Of a stretch of 31,870 bases of DNA, positions 27,829-31,870 are shown in pieces. The stretch is from Perkinsela sp. CCAP 1560/9 (taxonomy: Eukaryota > Protista > Euglenozoa: Kinetoplastea). Location of the stretch: the NCBI GenBank assembly GCA_965644495.1, contig CBFFSA010000069.1:1-31870 (forward strand). Direction: 5' to 3'. Position numbers and translations under genes: made by a program. The notes beneath the pieces were generated by a model, which saw only the letters and a program-made list of their open reading frames with translations, ran no database searches and had not been told where the DNA came from. Each line of letters opens with the position of its first letter. Positions within the stretch are counted from its first letter, which is position 1.

Positions 27829-28673
27829 TAAGTGTGCTAAGTAATTATATTTACTTATGGGCGGGGGGAGGGGGTAGGCTTCCGGTGGGACTAGGGGGTG
27901 TACACCAAAAAGAAAAAGATTTACGTTCAAGGCTCGTGATTAATTTGTAGTTATAAATGAGTGTATCAGGGTTACCCCTTTCTTTGGTAAACTCACGCGT
28001 ATATTCCTTTTAGTAGATTTGTTACTAACTGTACAGATTTGTTAATATTTGTAAAGATTTGTTAATATTTCCTCTTCAACAATGTCCGGATTCATGTAGC
28101 CTCGCCTTCGCCTTCTACGCCCCTGCCCCCACCCCCTACCCATTCCACACTTTCTGTTCTTGCACTGAGATAAGTGCGTACGCCGCACCGAGACCGCACC
28201 GAATCCCCACCCGCAGCCCCTCATATGTAAAAAAGTCTCAATTAAGAAAAATTGTCCCCCCAACTCCAAAATCCAGAGGGGGGGTATGTTATCCACCCCT
28301 GTTCACGATAACATACCCCCCCGGTATGTTATCGTGTTACAGGTATGTTTTCCCGGTCCCCCGTTTATATTTTCTAATAATACACGACGTATCTAACACC
28401 ATGTTTCATCCGTGCGTTTCACATTCATTCACAGGAATCTCCAAACGGGTTAAACAACAACAACAAAAATCTACATGAGATCGACTTGCCGAAAAAGAGT
28501 TTCTAGTACCACGCGCTACCTTTGTTGCTCCGTTGAGACAATTTAAAATGTTAAAAAAATCGAACGCTCGCTCGAAAAAAAATTAAAATCCCGTTCGTTG
28601 AATATTCAACGAAGTAGAGACGTACCCCAAATATCTCTTACTGGGAGGGTACAGTGGCCGATTACGAATGGAG

Positions 28674-28736
28674 TCATAAACGTAATAGTGTAGTGACTCC
28701 AGCAAGTGCACCCATTGCACAGACTAAAGTTAAATA
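28674..28736 (-). pseudogene. 3' end of a third LRR gene copy, truncated by the Helitron-like unit
   Basis: 28633-28736 is nearly identical to 22646-22749. Confidence 0.85.
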
Positions 28737-30615
28737 TTGCGGTGGTTGTAAAACTACCGCTCTACACTCGATTATTGAAAAAAAAGTGAACAAAAACAGT
28801 GAAAATATAAAGAGGAACACAGTAATATAATAGAAGAAAAAAATATTGCGGTGGTTGTAAAACTACCGCTCTACACTCGATTATTGAAAAAAAAGTGAAC
28901 AAAAACAGTGAAAATATAAAGGGGAACACAGTAATATAATAGAAGAAAAAAATATAAAAGGGGGCTCCGGTGGTCCAAAACTGAAAAAAAATTTTGAAAA
29001 AAATGGGGGGTCCATGGGGGGGGTCCAGGGGGGGGGTCCAGGGGGGGGGGGGTCCAGGGGGGGGGGTCCAGGGGGGGGGGGCATGGTCGATCAAATTTTT
29101 TCGAAAAAATTAGTTTTCGAAAAAAAACCGCAGAAAGGGTAGCCGGGGTCTTGGCGCGTATTTTCCACCCCCCTACCCGGGGGTGACCCCCCCGCGTATC
29201 CGCAGGACGGGTCCGCCAAGTTCGGATTTTTTCGGAAAAAAGTTTTTGAAAAAAATTTCAACTTGGCGAAAAAAATGACAAAAAAAATAATTTTCCAAAA
29301 TCGTTTCCCCTATTGTATTTTGATAGTTTGGGACCTACACTAGCTTTCTACGCAGTTGTTTTCGCAAGGTATCACTTCTTCGAACTGTGGTGCGCCCCCC
29401 AAAATGACCCATTTTTGACTAAAAAAGGTGAAAAAGTATTTTTCGGACCTAAAGGGGCATTTTTGTGTCGAAAAAATGGTATGGTTGGAGTCGCATTCTC
29501 TACCCAATACGTTCGGTAGGCTTTCATTCATGCCTGCGAGTGATTTCCCACGCGCAAATGTCGGATTTAGTGCTCTGAGAGCAAAAATATGCGAAAATGA
29601 CCCCATTTGTACCCGAAATTTGGCTATTTTTGGCTATAATCTTTCCGTTTTCCAGGCTAAATTTTCTTTTTTAGGCTCTTCGTTAAACGCGGCGGTAGTT
29701 TTCAACGCGAAGCGCGCAGCATGAGTGACTTCTAAGTTGAAAGCAACCACCGCGTTTAACGAAGAGCCTAAAAAAGAAAATAAAAGGGGGCTCCGGTGGT
29801 CCAAAACTGAAAAAAAAATTTGAAAAAAATGGGGGGTCCATGGGGGGGGTCCAGGGGGGGGGGTCCAGGGGGGGGGTCCAGGGGGGGGGTCCAGGGGGGG
29901 GGTCCAGGGGGGGGGGCATGGTCGATCAAATTTTTTCGAAAAAATTAGTTTTCGAAAAAAAACTGCAGAAAGGGTAGCCGGGGTCTTGGCGCGCATTTTC
30001 CACCCCCCTACCCGGGGGTGACCCCCCCGCGTATCCGCAGGACGGGTCCGCCAAGTTCGGATTTTTTCGGAAAAATTTTTTTGAAAAAAAATTCAACTTG
30101 GCGAAAAAAATGACAAAAAAAATATTTTTCCAAAATCGTTTCCCCTATTGTATTTTGATAGTTTGGGACCTACACTAGCTTTCTACGCAGTTGTTTTCGC
30201 AAGGTATCACTTCTTCGAACTGTGGTGCGCCCCTCAAAATGACCCACTTTTGACTAAAAAAGGTGAAAAAGTATTTTTCGGACCTAAAGGGGCATTTTTG
30301 TGTCGAAAGAATGGTATGGTTGGAGTCGTATTCTCTACCCAATACGTTCGGTAGGCTTTCATTCATGCCTGCGAGTGATTTCCCACGCGCAAATGTCGGA
30401 TTTAGTGCTCTGAGAGCAAAAATATGCGAAAATGACCCCATTTGTACCCGAAATTCGGCTATTTTTGGCTATAATCTTTCCGTTTTCCAGGCTAAATTTT
30501 CTTTTTTAGGCTCTTCGTTAAACGCGGCGGTAGTTTTCAACGCGAAGCGCGCAGCATGAGTGACTTCTAAGTTGAAAGCAACCACCGCGTTTAACGAAGA
30601 GCCTAAAAAAGAAAA
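28737..30615 (+). mobile_element. Helitron-like unit (28737-28845 plus 29781-30615) interrupted by a nested copy
   Basis: The two parts join exactly: ...AAAAAAATA | TAAAAGGGGG. Confidence 0.88.
28846..29780 (+). mobile_element. Full Helitron-like unit nested in another copy, no TSD
   Basis: TTGCGG...GAAAA inserted between A and T. Confidence 0.9.
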
Positions 30616-30710
30616 TAATATTTATAAACCCCTATTATAATATATATTTAATATAAACCACCGTCCGGGTTATTATACCTAGGAGGTATAATAAGTGTCC
30701 CTAGGTATAA

Positions 30711-31617
30711 TTTTCTTTTTTAGGCTCTTCGTTAAACGCGGTGGTTGCTTTCAACTTAGAAGTCACTCATGCTGCGCGCTTCGCGTTGAAAACTACCGCC
30801 GCGTTTAACGAAGAGCCTAAAAAAGAAAATTTAGCCTGGAAAACGGAAAGATTATAGCCAAAAATAGCCAAATTTCGGGTACAAATGGGGTCATTTTCGC
30901 ATATTTTTGCTCTCAGAGCACTAAATCCGACATTTGCGCGTGGGAAATCACTCGCAGGCATGAATGAAAGCCTACCGAACGTATTGGGTAGAGAATGCGA
31001 CTCCAACCATACCATTTTTTCGACACAAAAATGCCCCTTTAGGTCCGAAAAATACTTTTTCACCTTTTTTAGTCAAAAATGGGTCATTTTGGGGGGCGCA
31101 CCACAGTTCGAAGAAGTGATACCTTGCGAAAACAACTGCGTAGAAAGCTAGTGTAGGTCCCAAACTATCAAAATACAATAGGGGAAACGATTTTGGAAAA
31201 TTATTTTTTTTGTCATTTTTTTCGCCAAGTTGAAATTTTTTTCAAAAACTTTTTTCCGAAAAAATCCGAACTTGGCGGACCCGTCCTGCGGATACGCGGG
31301 GGGGTCACCCCCGGGTAGGGGGGTGGAAAATACGCGCCAAGACCCCGGCTACCCTTTCTGCGGTTTTTTTTCGAAAACTAATTTTTTCGAAAAAATTTGA
31401 TCGACCATGCCCCCCCCCCCCCTGGACCCCCCCCCTGGACCCCCCCCCTGGACCCCCCATTTTTTTCAAAATTTTTTTTCAGTTTTGGACCACCGGAGCC
31501 CCCTTTTATATTTTTTTCTTCTATTATATTACTGTGTTCCCCTTTATATTTTCACTGTTTTTGTTCACTTTTTTTTCAATAATCGAGTGTAGAGCGGTAG
31601 TTTTACAACCACCGCAA
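30711..31617 (-). mobile_element. Full Helitron-like unit, inverted
   Basis: Reverse complement of the unit. It shares diagnostic variants with the copy at 28846-29780. Confidence 0.9.
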
Positions 31618-31870
31618 TTTTCTTTTTTAGGCTCTTCGTTAAACGCGGTGGTTGCTTTCAACTTAGAAGTCACTCATGCTGCGCGCTTCGCGTTGAAAAC
31701 TACCGCCGCGTTTAACGAAGAGCCTAAAAAAGAAAATTTAGCCTGGAAAACGGAAAGATTATAGCCAAAAATAGCCGAATTTCGGGTACAAATGGGGTCA
31801 TTTTTGCATATTTTTGCTCTCAGAGCACTAAATCCGACATTTGCGCGTGGGAAATCACTCGCAGGCATGA
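31618..31870 (-). mobile_element. 3' part of a further inverted unit joined head-to-tail, cut by the window end
   Basis: The junction CCGCAA|TTTTCTTTTTTAGG is the reverse complement of the junction at 8037/8038. Confidence 0.88.

Larger units (their letters stand above)
26429..28222. mobile_element. Unclassified TIR element hosting two nested insertions
   Basis: Inverted repeat GAGGGGCTGCGGGT/ACCCGCAGCCCCTC, with subterminal CACCGAGACCGCACCGA repeats at both ends. Confidence 0.55.
23493..28627 (+). mobile_element. Merlin (IS1595/IS1016-related) DNA transposon with nested insertions
   Basis: TIRs GG(C/G)TA(T/C)GTCTCTACTTCGTTGAA..TTCAACGAACGGG. Perfect 8-bp TSD CAAATATC at 23485-23492 and 28628-28635. 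A transposase remnant lies inside. Confidence 0.88.

Overview
Eukaryotic nuclear DNA, most likely from a kinetoplastid of the Perkinsela type. This is inferred from intronless, co-oriented, tightly packed genes and the LRR gene family; it was not confirmed by any search. A small minus-strand gene island (EIF1AD-like, DIM1/TXNL4, a PPR protein, CLP1 and tandem LRR genes; about 13.0-23.4 kb) sits inside dense transposon-derived DNA. The dominant repeat is a ~0.9-kb non-autonomous Helitron-like unit. It has a 5' TT-hairpin, (G)nTCCA tracts and a ~120-bp palindromic 3' end. It inserts between A and T without target duplication, forms head-to-tail and nested arrays, and in one variant carries a 4.3-kb 18-bp satellite. 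Next to it lie scrambled fragments of a Helitron2/Helentron-type Rep-helicase that lack the catalytic cores, a tyrosine-recombinase remnant and an IS30-like transposase fragment. The right part holds a 5.1-kb Merlin element (8-bp TSD) containing nested Tc1/mariner, Merlin and other TIR elements, one of which carries an RT-RNaseH fragment.
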